A stretch of DNA of 64,000 nucleotides from Octopus vulgaris (GCA_951406725.2 OX597830.1:5270001-5334000), one strand, 5' to 3'. Positions 12,027 through 26,749 are shown, counted from the stretch's first letter. Program-made: numbers and translations. Notes: generated by a model not told the origin, from the sequence alone.

Positions 12027-12392
12027 ACAGAAAAGAATGCCAAACACAGAGAATGTCGGTGCCCCAGCATGGCCTCAGCCTCTGGCCGGAACCAGTTAAA
12101 GATAAAAGATGAAAGATAAAAGATATGTATATGAAGGCTTTATCAGAACTTATTAATGTTAACAAAAGAAAAAAAAAGAAAGAAATGAAAATGGTGCCTC
12201 AGAAGTACCAAAACAGCGGTCGATAATGTTGAATGAGTGAACCGTGTCTCATGAAGTTAATTCTGAAGTTCTGCATCAGAATTTTAGGGATATTGGAGGA
12301 CGAAATTCTCCTTCTAGAAGTGTAAGAGTTATCTCAACAGGATATTTTCATTTAACATCACCAGAGAAGACAAGCGTTGCCTGAGAAAATCA

Positions 12393-12521
12393 GAAGCATT
12401 CACAACAAGTAGAGGCTGGTTTGATATATTCAAACGACAGAATAACCTACACTGCATCCGTATCTCAAGTGAAACTGCAAGCACAAACACCTAGGCAGTC
12501 ACGGCATTTCCCCAAGTTCTT
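12393..12521 (+). mobile_element. pogo/Tigger (CENP-B-type HTH) transposase relic
   Basis: EAFTTSRGWFDIFKRQNNLHCIRISSETASTNT*AVTAFPQVL resembles FxASxGWFxxFKxRxxL...SGEAASAD; in-frame stop. Confidence 0.75.
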
Positions 12522-12702
12522 AATATATATTTATATTTATATATATATAAAGTACAGACGGATAGAATAGATACCAAACATAAATTGAAAAAAAAAAAGA
12601 AAAGAAAAAGCAATGGGCTAGATTGGATACACAAAAACCTTCCTATTCGGAATCCCAACATGGCCGCAATCCGATGCTGAAACTAGTCAAGAATATTTAT
12701 AA

Positions 12703-12783
<81 letters not shown>

Positions 12784-13172
12784 CATGTACACACGTGTGT
12801 GTACATACATTCATACATACATAAAGACACGCGCGCGCACACATATAAATAATGAATTATATACATTTACTTATTATAGGCTTACAGCTGTTTCAGATAT
12901 GCATCTGGGCGCGTTCATGGTTCAGTTTGTTTTCAACACATTGTTCGACTGAAAATATGGGGATCACCAGCACAATGCTATCACTATCTTCCTCGGAAAA
13001 GAAATAAATCAAAGAAAAAAAAACAGGATGGAATTTACTCAGTGTAACATTTATACAGAAGTAGCTGGCCTGTTTCTAGCCATCAACCTTAAGTTATTGT
13101 TCTCTCTTACCATGAGTTAATAGTATTGATATCCAGTAAAGAAATTTGATACCCCACAACCTTGTGTGTGCA

Positions 13173-13240
<68 letters not shown>

Positions 13241-13332
13241 AAGAAGGATAAGATCGTTAATATAAAATAAAATAACGATTTTATCAAGTGGCCAGCATGG
13301 AAAAAATAACCTTCAAAGGTAATAATTATTAA

Positions 13333-13718
13333 AATTATAAATTAGGGTATCTACGAGATACCACCATGCTGAAAATAGCAGCCATGATCTGAATCTAAAA
13401 CCACTTTAAATGTCCATATCGCAAAGACGGAGAGAAAACAAAGAGACAAGATGAAACTAGTAAAAAATTACTGGATAATTCTAGATCCCGGATTTGTGGC
13501 TTTGCATTTAGGAATGCTTTGCCTCGTCAGTAGAATACACACAGAAGAGAAACATAAATACATATATAAATACAACATACGAATACTTACATATACGAAC
13601 GTATACATACATATATATATGCACGTATGCATCATGGACATTTAAGGTGGTTTTAGAGTCAGATCATGGCTACTATTTTCAGCATGGTGGTATCTCGTAG
13701 ATACCCTAATTTATAATT
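13333..13718. mobile_element. Foldback element: 85-bp inverted arms flanking a minus-strand hammerhead-like motif
   Basis: 13333-13417 is the reverse complement of 13634-13718 with about 3 mismatches. Confidence 0.8.
13478..13536 (-). ncRNA. Type I hammerhead ribozyme-like motif (one core substitution)
   Basis: attcta CTGACGA ggc..gcat-loop-atgc..gcc aCAAA tccggga TC tagaat; perfect 6-bp stem I; CAAA in place of GAAA. Confidence 0.6.
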
Positions 13719-13741
13719 ATATATATATATATATATATCTG

Positions 13742-14077
13742 AGACCCCCTTCGGTCACGACGCAGACCATGGGATTGCACTTAGAAAGTTACCCTCCCAG
13801 GTACAAGTCCGGGCAAGGATGTTTATGGAAGACCATTAGTCGCCCATGCGTACCGCCCCCCCTCTCCACGCCACCAGTGTTGCCAAACGGAAAGGCAAAG
13901 GGGCCGATACAGCTTGACACCTGTGACGTCGCAACTAATTTCTACAGCTGAGTGAACTGGAGCAACGTGAAATAAAGTGTCTTGCTCAAGAACACAACAA
14001 GCAGCCCTGTCCGGGTCTTTCGAACTCACAACCTCTCAATCGGAAGCTCAACGCTCTAACCACTGAGCCATGCGCTT
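13742..14077 (-). mobile_element. SINE family C, full length
   Basis: Same head and tail as 5135-5465. Confidence 0.85.
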
Positions 14078-14948
14078 TCACACACACACTTATGCAAATT
14101 AGGTGGGGGCCACCGTTATTATAGAGTGAAGTAAATGGCAGAAAATGGAACGAACGACGTCATTTACTTAATATTGTTTCGACAGATTTTTACACCTGTC
14201 GTACATTGGTGAAATATGTTCTCATTATCAAGTTGCCAATATCTGTGGACAAGCCTTGTATTGGAAGGGATTTACTCGAATCTTACTTCCTTACACACAC
14301 ACACACACACACACACACGAACACACACACACGAACACACACATGACTATATGTCTGTACGTACGTGTATATATATATGTGTAAATGTACGTGTAAACAA
14401 ATCTACACACGCACATAGTCGTTGAAGGTCAACGGTCGTGTGTGCCGAACGAATATCGCCAGTGTACGTGTAGTTTGGACTTCGTGTGCTTCATACATCG
14501 TAATGCATATGTTTCTGTATACATTCGTACGTAGGAATGTATGCTTGTCTGCAGCTATATACGTCTGTACGTGCGTAAGTATGTATATTTGTATGTATGC
14601 CTAAATTTATAAAGAGGTGGAGGAAATGCATATAAATATACAAGTATACATACATACATACGTACAAACATACATACATAGAAACATACATAAGTATATG
14701 TATATATATGTATATGTATATATATATATATGTGTGTGTATATATATATATACATATATATACATATATACATACATATATACATACACACACACACACA
14801 CGCACACACACACACACATATATGTATATAGACAGACGCGTGCACATCTATATATGAAGAGACACGAAGTGGAAGTGAGAGGGAAACAAAGAAAGCGATA
14901 TGTGTGTATGTGCCTGCGTTTGTATGTGTGTGTATGTATGTATATATC

Positions 14949-14981
<33 letters not shown>

Positions 14982-15004
14982 GCGTATATATGTGTTTATA
15001 AATG

Positions 15005-15040
<36 letters not shown>

Positions 15041-15983
15041 TAGATATTGCGCATGCGTTCCCGAAAGCCTTTCTCTCTTCCTAATAATATGCTGCATTTC
15101 ATCGATTCATTGAACCAATCTTCTGCTTGAACAATAAAACTAGTCAATGGCACGCTTATGTTGACCAGAGTATGTTTGTTGTTGTGTGTCTATGCACGTG
15201 ATTGTGATGGAGCGCTTGTGTTTGCTTATGTGTTTGTGCTTATATATGTGTGTACGTGACTTTCAAGGGACTTTTGACACCAGAAGCCGGTGATGGTTTC
15301 GCATCGAATTATATTGTGGCTCTGATATAATTTATTCTTACCTCAGACAAAGGCAGCTTATACCAGAATGTCACAGCACTCAATGAAATATTCCGCCTGC
15401 CCAACAAGGGGGAATGCAACACACTGAGTGGAACAGGCAAAATACATTTCCGAACTCGACACAAAAGATATACGAAGTCTCTTTCATACATTATTTATGG
15501 AAACTCTCTTTTGGGCATATCTTCTACAAGTATCATTCATAAATCATACGACTGCTTCTACGTGAAGACATAACTAAGCGTTATAGCCATAAGCAAAATG
15601 AGGCTATTAGTAGTCACAAGAAGAAGAACAAGAACGACAACAGGAACAGCAACGCTATTAACTTATAATGTAAAATGATGTGTTGGTAGGATATCGATTA
15701 AGATGGGAAGTTTTATTTGTTTAGGGGTCAACATAGATACGTTTATCACGCCGTCCTTTCTGTTGCTAAGTATGTATGTATGTATGGATGGATGGATGGA
15801 TGGGTATATGGATGGATGGATGGATGGATGTTTGTATGTATGCAGCAAAACTGAAGTCATATCCGTGATTCTCATGTTCAAATGGATAATGAAGCGATGG
15901 CATAACTCAAAACCGAGTTGCAGCAATCATGTATGCATGTATGTATGTATGTATGTATGTATGTATGTATGTATATGTCTGTA

Positions 15984-16029
<46 letters not shown>

Positions 16030-16232
16030 GTCGCCTCGTGAGTACCGTTGGCGATTTTTTTCCCTCTGTCTGCCCTTCTCTGGATCTTTCCTTCTCTTAT
16101 GCTTCCGACAAAGAGCTCCACTCGAAACGTTAAACCCTCCTTCTTTCCCTCTTTCCTGAGCGTCCAATAATACTATATTTGTTCCACGTCCTCGCGTTGT
16201 TGTGTTTTTTTGTGCTTTCTTGTTTGGATTAA
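16030..16232 (+). mobile_element. Penelope-type terminal relic with degenerate hammerhead (16101-16135)
   Basis: gctt CCGACAA agag ctcc actc GAAAC GTT aaac; flanked by (TA)n. Confidence 0.5.
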
Positions 16233-16254
16233 CTATATATATATATATATATAT

Positions 16255-16741
16255 GTATGTGTATGCCTAAATGCATGCATGTATGTATGTATGACTGCAT
16301 GTATGTTGCATGTATTTATGTGTGTGTGTGTATATGCATGCGTACAATTATGTATATATCTATGTATGTATGCACGCATGTATGTATGTATGTATGGCTG
16401 TATGCATGTATGCATATGTGAATGTATGTATGTATGTACGTACGTATACATGTATGCATGTATGCATGTATGCATGTATGTATGTATGTATGCATGTATG
16501 CATGTATGTATGTATGTATGTATGTATGCATGCATGTATGTATGTATGTATGCATGTATGCATGTATGCATGTATGCATGCATGTATGTATGTATGTATG
16601 CATCTATGTATGTATGCATCTATGTATGTATGTATGTATGCATGTATGCATGTATGCATGTATATATGTATGTATGTACGTATGTATGTATGCATGTAGG
16701 CATGTATGTATGCATGTATCTATGTATGTATGTATGTATGA

Positions 16742-16774
<33 letters not shown>

Positions 16775-16995
16775 TGTATGTATGTATGTATGTATCTATG
16801 TATGTATGTATGTGTGTATGTGTGTATGTATGTATGTATGAATTTATGTATGCATGTATGTATGTATGTATGCATGTATGCATGTATGTATGTATGCATG
16901 TATGTATGTATGTATGCATGTATGTATGTATGTATGCATGTATGTATGTATGCATGTATGTATGTATGTATGAATGTATGCATGGCTGTATGTGT
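16255..16995. repeat. Long (ATGT/ATGC)n tetranucleotide microsatellite
   Basis: Directly visible; source of the spurious 310-aa ORF. Confidence 0.95.
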
Positions 16996-16999
16996 GTCC

Positions 17000-17340
17000 G
17001 AATCTTATGTTCTTTTCTAATTCAAATCATTTCAAGTCTTCCTGCAAAACAAGAACTGCTTCCTCACAAAGATACGACATTCCATCGTTGGATCGTTATG
17101 TCTCTCCTGTTATACTTCCATTTTACAGAACCATTGACATGAAAATCCAACTTGTATTCCTTCATAGCATGGGTGAATATGGTCTCTACAGGTGTGTAAC
17201 TTCAATGAATTATTTCTACATATTCCAGTGTTTAGTATTTTTGCCAGAAAACGGTTACCCCGAAGGTAACTAATATTTTGTTGACATTTTCGGACAACTA
17301 CCTATGATGTGAATCAAATCTTCGATATTGATTCTTCGGT
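17000..17340 (-). mobile_element. RLE-endonuclease non-LTR retrotransposon (R4/Dong/NeSL-like) fragment
   Basis: IEDLIHIIGSCPKMSTKY*LP (zinc-knuckle tail ExxxHIxxxC) followed by KYNRRDITI (degenerate NRPDI endonuclease motif). Confidence 0.6.
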
Positions 17341-17664
17341 ATGCGTCACATATCTCCATCTGGCCTCGTGGCTATACTAGGAATCATAAGTCAGAGGAAA
17401 ACAACGCAAAAAAACCAGAACTGTTTCGCCGTCGTTTGATACAAAATAACGTTTAGACGTATAAATATAGATTGAGATCTCTACGAGGAGATGCTGGTGC
17501 ATCCAGTCACATGCAAGGATTCTTAGAAAAGGGGAAAAATGATTGTAAGACAAACTCAACTTTTCTAAGAATGATCAATAAATGGAAATATGAAATAATA
17601 TATAAAATATGGAAAACAATTCTAAAGATTTTAAAGCATGTTACTGAACTTCAAAGGAAGTACT

Positions 17665-17695
<31 letters not shown>

Positions 17696-18007
17696 AACAC
17701 ACACAAGCGTAATATTATATACACACGCGCATATGTATATAAGCAAAGCATCTACGTTTCTTACAAGAGTGTGAGGATACATACGCAGCTACACATAACC
17801 ACAACTCACTCGTTCCCATATGCACAAATATATGTACATTTACCTACACATATACACACACATATATATGTATATTGATAGATAGATAAATGTTCCTACA
17901 TACATACACATAATACACATGCATATAAAAATTTATACATATATATACTCACAAACATATATACAATATATGTGTACATGAGTATGTATGAATATATGTA
18001 TGTATGC

Positions 18008-18043
<36 letters not shown>

Positions 18044-18073
18044 TCATACATATACATACATATATATGTATGC

Positions 18074-18106
<33 letters not shown>

Positions 18107-18108
18107 TA

Positions 18109-18153
<45 letters not shown>

Positions 18154-19166
18154 TCATGCATACACATATACATATATATTTGTATATATGTATATGTATA
18201 CATGTAAGTACACACGCACATATATATATATATAAGTATATATATATGTATATATATGTATATACATACATGCATGCATACATATATACATATATAGGCA
18301 TGCACACATACACACCAGAAAACATATTCGGAGTGAATGGAGTGCAGAGATATGACGTCTCCACCGCTCCACCTCTGTACCGGTCGCTGGAAGCTAGAAA
18401 ACCTCGTTGCATCATCACAACACGTATTTCATTGAAGCGAAGTGAGCAGTAATTGATTTCCCACGAGATAAACATTTTAATTCTGTAGTTGGCAACCGAA
18501 AATGGAGTGACTTCAACTCACATATTTCAAACTTCGGTGTTGTAATGAGAAAACTAGAAGAGTGCCAGCTAAAAACCAACCGTTGCAGCTTGATTTCGGA
18601 AGACGGTAAAATATATATAATTAAAATATAACGAAAAACAAGACAAAATCAAACGAACTAAGAAGCAAACAAAAATATGGAGCTGTGACGTTTAACACAA
18701 TAAAAAAAGATGGATCATTTGACGTGTTTAGTAAGGATAACGTTGGGCTTAATAACCAACTCCCTAACACCGTGAGGCATTTCAAAGACTTTTAGATGTC
18801 AGAGCAACTTTGGAATTCTTTGTCGGATTATTTGACTGCGAAAAGGTTGTAAATTTTGCAAGGTCATTGCTACAATGACGGGAATAAACATGGAGACTAA
18901 CATGTAGAGAAGCATGTATAAAGCAAGCAGTTGGTTGCGTTTGACAGTTGAATGACGGTGTGTATAACAAATAGTGTATTGAGAAAATGTGGAAGAGATT
19001 GAAGTAACGCAGTGACATTATTTCAATAATGATACAGCGTATATCCATAAGATTCTGTTGCTTGAATTTATTGAGAGCGGCGGCGGTGGTGGTGGTGGTG
19101 GGGGCATGTTAGATTAAATGAAACACCGAGAAGAGTTAACAAGGTAAAAAAAGATTTCCAGTGATA

Positions 19167-19400
19167 AGGCGGCGAGGGGCTGGCAGAAACGTTGGCACGC
19201 CGGGCGAAATGCTAGCGGTATTTCGTCTGCCGTTACGTTCTGAGTTCAAATTCCGCCGAGGTCGACTATGCTTTTCATCCTTTCGGGGTCGATAAATTAA
19301 GTACCAGTTATGGACTGGGGACGATGTAATCAACTTAATCCGTTTGTCTGTCCTTGTTTGTCTCCTCTGTGTTTAGCCCCTTGTGGGTAATAAAGAAATA
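19167..19400 (+). mobile_element. SINE family B, full length, with 23-bp target site duplication
   Basis: aggtaaaaaaagatttccagtga at 19142-19164 and 19400-19422. Confidence 0.92.
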
Positions 19401-21204
19401 GGTAAAAAAAGATTTCCAGTGAAAAAGAAATGCGATCATTAAGTTTTGATACTGATTTGTTAAGAACTATGTTTGGTAAGATTTGTGATGATAGGATTGT
19501 GTTCGTTTGTTCTGGGATGTAATATGGAGTTCTTGGCGTGTTGTTGTTACTGTTGTTGTTTCGTTTGGTGTCTCTCACAGCTCCAAATTTCGAAATCCAA
19601 TTGATGTATTCCTCATCATTTTTATCGTTTCTTCCTGACACCTCAGCCCATTTTAGGACCAAAGTGGTCGCATAGAGTAACTCGAAACCCTCCGTATCTT
19701 GTAAGGATCCCTGACATTGTAGGTATGTTAGGGATTCAAGTTGTTGCCGTGGCATGCTTAAAGTACCTCGACGGCTCTGAAAGCGAAGTTAGCTAGGATC
19801 GAATAATGATGGAGAAGCAGAAGAAAAGAGTATTCGAAACCCTGTTGTCTAGATGAGGACGTGAGTTTTATAGGGTGTCTGTCGGTCAAGGCAGGCCATA
19901 TAATTATATATGTATAGACTTAAACAAGATTGTTTAGAAGAAGACTAAGAGTTTGCAATGAATACGTGTCTTTTCTCTCTACGACGCTTAATCAATGGCC
20001 AAATTATAGCGACAGACCCTTAATACCAACATCCTGGCAGGGGTTGCGATCAGAAATAAAATCACAGAAACGGAGACATCTTGCCCAATCGTCTAACATT
20101 TTTATCGATCCAGAAAAGCTGAAAGGCAAAGTCGAGATTTGCGGTATTTGAACTTAGGCCCTAGACAATCAGAACAAACACCATGAGGCATCCTATCCAC
20201 CACTACTCTAACCATTCAGCCAAGCTACCACTATATTACTGTTTTGCTCTCTGACTAACACATTGTGACAATATATTAACGAAGTCGTGGTGTTTTGTTG
20301 ATAATTTCAGTATCTACTCCTCGTATTTTATGTTCTAAGCTCAAACCCCACCGAGGTCAGCCTTGCCTTTCATCCTTCCGAGGTTGATAAATTAAGGTAC
20401 TAGTCTAGAGTAGTGGAAATGTTAGAGAATCAGACACAATGCCTTGTGGAGCCTATTCTGAGTTCAATCCCTATCATGGCCTATTTGAGAAATAGACTTA
20501 ATACGTCGTCTTGTTTAAGTCTACCCTCTGAGTGAAAAGCCTATAATTTTGGATATGAGGTGGGATATACCATCGACCTTACTACTTGATAAGCACTTAT
20601 TTAATCAATTCCCGAAAGGATGAAAAACAAAGACGACATCGGTGAGGTTGGTGACTTCATCCCTCTCCCGAATTATCACTTCCACATATAATTTGGGTTA
20701 CTTTAGCAAAGATTACTTTGCTGCAAGCATTCTAGTTTGATCTCAGGTTTGACTCTACCTTGTTCTGCCCTCCTACCAATCCGAGAAGCTCCATAAATAG
20801 TCATAGCACTACGCTTCAATCCTGAGAAAAATATTATTTAGGTGCCTTAAGAACTGATTGGAAAGATTAACCAGAATATCTGTTAAAAGAACTCTGTTGT
20901 AATCGCTGACAACGGTAGTTGACAAGCTTACACATGTAGACTGTGTAGTGAGAGCGTAGGGCATTTGATGGTGGGCTGTAGTAAACTGACCAGAAATCAA
21001 TAGAAGCGAATACATTATTATGTTGTGCAGATGTCCCAACGGTGTGTGTTTGGGAAGTAAAACTTATGGAGCGATGAGAAATGATATGACAACCAGCCTT
21101 CATATACACGGGTATCTAAAAATCAAGTCTCTAGAATTTTTAAGTACAATGCAAACGTATGTATAGTAAAAGACAAGATATTGATTATAGCAATTAGGCA
21201 ATAG

Positions 21205-21455
21205 TGGAGGCGTCTGGCTTAGTGGCTTAGTGGCTATGGTGTTGAACTCATGATTGTAAGATTTTGGTTTCGATTCCTGGACCGAGCAACGCATTGTATT
21301 CTTGAGTAAATTCCTTCATGTTGCTCCCGTTCACTCAGCTAGCAAAAATGAGTGATCGTGTGATGGATCGGCGTCCCATCCAAGGGTGGGGGACATGTAC
21401 ACCATTAAAACCAGGAAACCGACCCTCGTGAGCCTGACATAGCTCCAGAAGGAAA
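21205..21455 (+). mobile_element. SINE family C variant
   Basis: tggcttagtggctatggtgttg...gtttcgattcctggaccg...ttcttgagtaa. Confidence 0.7.
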
Positions 21456-21939
21456 CATTTGAATTTTTATTAAATAGGCTATTGTATTTATAGGAACCAT
21501 TTTGGTTGCAAAAGTAGCACTGACTGCGTGGTTGAAAAGTTCGCTTCCCAACCACGTTGTTCTGGGTTTGGCACCAAAAACGAAGCACCTGGGCAACTTT
21601 TACCATAAATTTAGAATACTTTCTTGAATTCGGACTGTCTGTAACAAGAACTACGCTGTCACCACAAAATAACTACACTATCCACAATTAACTGATGAGT
21701 ACCTTGATTGTTTCAGTTAAACCTTCCGTTGGTGAATCTTGACGAATTTTGGTCATCATCTTGATAAATATCCATAAAATGGTTACAAGTAATACGAAGA
21801 ATTACTCTGTGATGGGTCGACAAAAAAATGAAGAATTATGGCAATTAAGCAAAATCATAACCATTATGAACGCATTAGGTGTGGATTGTGTGGAAAATGG
21901 CAAGCAGTAGAGTGACAGACGAAATGCCTTGTGTAGTTG

Positions 21940-22245
21940 TGGTCACCCAACGAAAGTACAAATATATGGGAAACTACCACCTGTGTCATCTCTTGGAAAA
22001 GGTAGAAGAGTCCAGTTTGCTGGACATTGTTATAGAGCTGAAAACGAGGTAATTTCTACTCTTCTCCTCTGGAGGCCACCTGCTCGCGATACCAGAGGGC
22101 GCACACTCTCCTACCCTGATGTAATCTCCAGGGATACAGGTATCCAGCAACAGGACTTCCTTAATGCTATGATGGACCGTGAAGTCTGGCGTAACATAGT
22201 AAATTCCATTGTCTCGACCACGATCGAACAATGAATGAATGAATG
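21940..22245 (+). mobile_element. 5'-truncated RTE-like LINE 3' end with (TGAA)n tail
   Basis: IYGKLPPVSSL..RRVQFAGHCYR...LLLW..RGRTLSYPDVISRDTG...AMMDREVWR, a typical RTE C-terminus; stop followed by tgaatgaatgaatg. Confidence 0.85.
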
Positions 22246-22698
22246 CGGATTGATATGATCCGGTTTCGTATCACATCACATTCAGTAAACTTTTCGGACA
22301 AAAGACTGTTGTCAAGGCGAAGATTTATGGAGAATTAGAATAAAACAACTAAAATTTGATGTTTTTAAATTTCAATAAATTTCAAATAGTCTTAGTTGGA
22401 CAAATTTGTTTTTGTGTGTTGGTTGTTGGACATTCTGAAAAATATGTTTTGAAATATGTTGATAAATATGCTACACACACACAGATGTCTGTATAAGTAT
22501 ATGTATGTATATATATATATACATAAATACACATGCACACACACACATGTGTATATAAATGTTGCACGCGAAGGCGCATGAAACCATAAAATGCTTCTCT
22601 GTCATTCATTTTCTGAAGCAGTCTGAAAAATCAGCAGAGAAAACACATATATTCTTATATATGCACAAGTACATGTCCACACACACACGTTTCTCTCT

Positions 22699-22768
<70 letters not shown>

Positions 22769-23004
22769 TTACATACATACTCCAGAACATATTTAAATAT
22801 AACTTCTATGAGAAACGGGCAGGAGAATGAGAGAGGGGAAGAACGACAGAGAGAATAAATAGAGAGAGTTAGAGAAATAGAAAGATAGACAGAGAGAGAG
22901 ATAGAAAAAAAAGAGAAAGGGGCAGGAAGACAAAGAAACGCAAATGTAGAGACTAATACATAAATAGAAAGAAAGAGAGAGAGAGAGAGAGGGGAGAAAG
23001 AGAG

Positions 23005-23052
<48 letters not shown>

Positions 23053-23379
23053 ATATATGTTGATAGAAAAATAGATAAATAGATAGATAGATAAACAGAG
23101 AGAGAGAGAGAGAGAGAGAGCTGAAAAGAGGAAGGAGTTTGGAAACTATACTTGTGCGACGTGAATAATGATGGCAAGATTATAAATGAGAAAACTAAAA
23201 TTTTGCGCATTTTCTGTGATGCTCCACTCAATGGTAAGATTTGCAATTTACCATCTACAAGGAATGCAAAAAGAAAGACGAAAAATAAAGAATAGAAAGA
23301 GCAATATTAATCATAATCTCTAATAATAATAATAACAACAGTAGCAGCAGTAGTAGTGGAAGTAGTAGTAGTTGTTGTT

Positions 23380-23430
<51 letters not shown>

Positions 23431-23733
23431 AGAAGAAGAAGAAGAAGAAAGATTATAAAAATTCATTTCCAATTCCGCCACAGTCCTGTCAACCGTGAAG
23501 TCCTTGGATTCGACACAGAATTTAGATGAACAAATGCCTGTTCTACACATTGCCATAGAAATTTATCTATTTCCCAATGTCCCTCCTGTCCTTACATACA
23601 TTCCGGTTCCAAGTTATTTTTCTTGAAAATCTTATGTTAGCTTTTTTCTCTTTACTCCCACTTCTCTTTCACCTCTGCTCTTATGCACGCACAAACACAC
23701 ACACATGCACACACACACACACACATATATATA

Positions 23734-23778
<45 letters not shown>

Positions 23779-24059
23779 ATATACGTATATATATACTTGT
23801 GTATATGTATACATATATATATATCTATGATATATGTATATGTATATATATATATATACTCTTATTCTACTTGTTTCAGTCATTTGATTGCGGCCAAATG
23901 CATGCATTCATGCTTGTATGTATGTATGTATGTATGTATGTATGTATGTATGTATGTATGTATGTATATATATATATACATATATATACATATATATGTA
24001 TGTGTATATATATTACATATATATATATATATATGTATATGTATGTATATATATATAGG

Positions 24060-24112
<53 letters not shown>

Positions 24113-24474
24113 GGATATTAATTATAGACATACATACACTTGCACACTGACTGGTATACACAGGCAGTCACGTACACTGACGTATATACCGGAATATGAC
24201 CAAATTTTCTTATTGAACTGTAGAAAAGCAATCAACAAGTGATTGAGCCGCATCAAAGTATATACTGTTACAATTTACATGTATATGAAGTAATTTATAT
24301 ATGTTTGTATACATATACATACTTGCATAAAAGCATATACATACATGCGTGCACTCTTACACATGCACACCCAACCACACTCATACACATATCGACGTGT
24401 ATGCAAGCGCAGGAACGTACAGAAATACACACATACACTCTCATACAGACTGTGGAAGTTTAAAATTTGTAAGC

Positions 24475-24898
24475 TTACTCTTTTACTCTTTTACTTGTTT
24501 CAGTCATTTGACTGCGGCCATGCTGGAGCACCGACTTTAGTCGAGCAAATCGACCCCGGGACTTATTCTTTGTAAGCCCAGTACTTATTCTATCAGTCTC
24601 TTTTGCCGAACCGCTAAGTAACGGGGACGTAAACACACCAGCATCGGTTGTCAAGCAATGCTAGGGGGACAAACACAGACACACAAACACACACACATAC
24701 ATATATATATATACATATATACGACAGGTTTCTATCAGTTTCTGTCTACCAAATCCACTCACAAGGCATTGGTCGGCCCGGGGCTATAGCAGAAGACACT
24801 TGCCCAAGATGCCACGCAGTGGGACTGAACCCGGAACCATGCGGTTGTTTAGCAAGCTACTTACCACACAGCCACTCCTGCGCCACACAGCCACTCCT
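24475..24898 (-). mobile_element. SINE family A, full length
   Basis: Close match to 470-860; short duplication of the head (ccacacagccactcc twice). Confidence 0.9.
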
Positions 24899-25522
24899 TG
24901 TTTCGGTTCTCGTGTGAACCTCATCAGTACTAATAATGAGAACGTTTATTATATTAACTTTATTATATATGAATACCAAACAGTTGATGGAAAATGAAAG
25001 AGTAGCGGAACGCCTTAATAGTGTTTCAGAATCAGTGGATTTAGAAAGAAAGCCGTTATTTAATAAAGTTTCTCACAACAAATAGAAAATTAAGTCGAAA
25101 ATTAAATTTAAGCTTAAAGTCTGTCTATGTATAGGGCATCAACTTAGATATACATGAGGATTAACCTACCCTATTTCGGTAGATGGTTATCAGAATAGCT
25201 TATTATTAATTTAAGTAAATATATTAAGAAAGTAATTACTTCTAAGATAGAAGACGGGAAAAGTTGAAACGTCAGCTGGGGGAGTCGAACGCCACAAATA
25301 TTGTAAAACTCATAAACCGTAGCAACAACTACACTGAAACGGCATCACAGCCTTGGCCCTCTTGAAGCAGAAGACATAACTTAAGTAGCTAAGAAGATTA
25401 CACATACCCGTGGCATATGAATGGGAATTTCAGTTCACAAAGTATCAAAATAAGGCACCATACATATACATTGATTCATAGATACACACAGACATGTATA
25501 TATATATACACATACATACATA

Positions 25523-25572
<50 letters not shown>

Positions 25573-25579
25573 AATATAT

Positions 25580-25740
25580 TGATTAAAAACGGTAAGATAA
25601 CAAAAGAAAGAGGCCTCGATAGTATGTAAATAGAGGAAATTATCTGTAAATGCAATATGTGACAATTAATCGGTTGCCATGATACGTTTCGGATGCCAAG
25701 CTGGACATCTCTTCAGTTATCCGGCCATCGGAAAAACGCT
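25580..25740 (-). mobile_element. Penelope-type terminal relic with hammerhead core (25680-25722)
   Basis: gataa CTGAAGA GATG tccagcttgg CATC c GAAAC GT atc; stem III and cleavage site appear truncated. Confidence 0.55.
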
Positions 25741-25744
25741 ATGA

Positions 25745-25786
<42 letters not shown>

Positions 25787-26131
25787 TTACGCAAACACAC
25801 ACACACACACACACATCCGCCCACACATATACATATATAGATAAAGTGCGTGTGACAACAAGTTGTGGGTCTTAGTATTATTGGAAACAGAGACTAAATT
25901 TATTAAATGAACTATATATGGAGACTTACAGTAATGACTTGAAGTTTCTGTTTCAGCGATATGATATTCATTGCAGTTCGTCATCAGATGTAGCCCCGGA
26001 GTCTATAATTAAGGGTGTCACGGGCACCGGGCTTGTGACAGTCGGAGAAGTGCCTCGATTAGCGTATCATTGAAAGAAAAACTTCAAGTCATGAATGTAA
26101 GTCTCCACACCTGTATCATTCTATCTCTTTT

Positions 26132-26202
<71 letters not shown>

Positions 26203-26207
26203 ATCTG

Positions 26208-26298
<91 letters not shown>

Positions 26299-26696
26299 GA
26301 ATGTCTATCTAGATACCTCGCAGTATGAGTTTAATTTGTTCCACGACCGAGCTCGTCTTACGATTTACTCATTTTACAAATTAATTTTCCCCATTGAAAT
26401 ATAACTAAAATATAATTAATCCATTCCAGCACCCGCCAAGCCACTCAAAAGTAATTTATTATTGGTTTTCTAACAGAAAGGCTGTAATTACAAGTAAAAT
26501 GACAATTATAAAAAAGAGAATGCAAAAGAAATACGTAAACTGGTTTTATTAACAGAAGTACCTTAAAAATGGGGCGATTTGTGTACTTTTACTGCGGATT
26601 TCCGCTACTACTTCAAACAAAAATTCGCACATGTCTCGTCTCGTACAGCCAATTACTCGTACAATGGGACACTCGTACTGCGAGGTCCTACTGTGA

Positions 26697-26740
<44 letters not shown>

Positions 26741-26749
26741 ATGTATATG

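Noticed and set aside
16210-17142. 310-aa ORF and the many YI/HT/CV/YLSI-rich ORFs across the window
   Set aside because: Translations of stop-free microsatellites; no coding signal.
19430-19920. 141-aa minus ORF, and the block at 50330-51000, as genes
   Set aside because: No recognisable domain or splice pattern; probably decayed retroelement sequence that I cannot classify.
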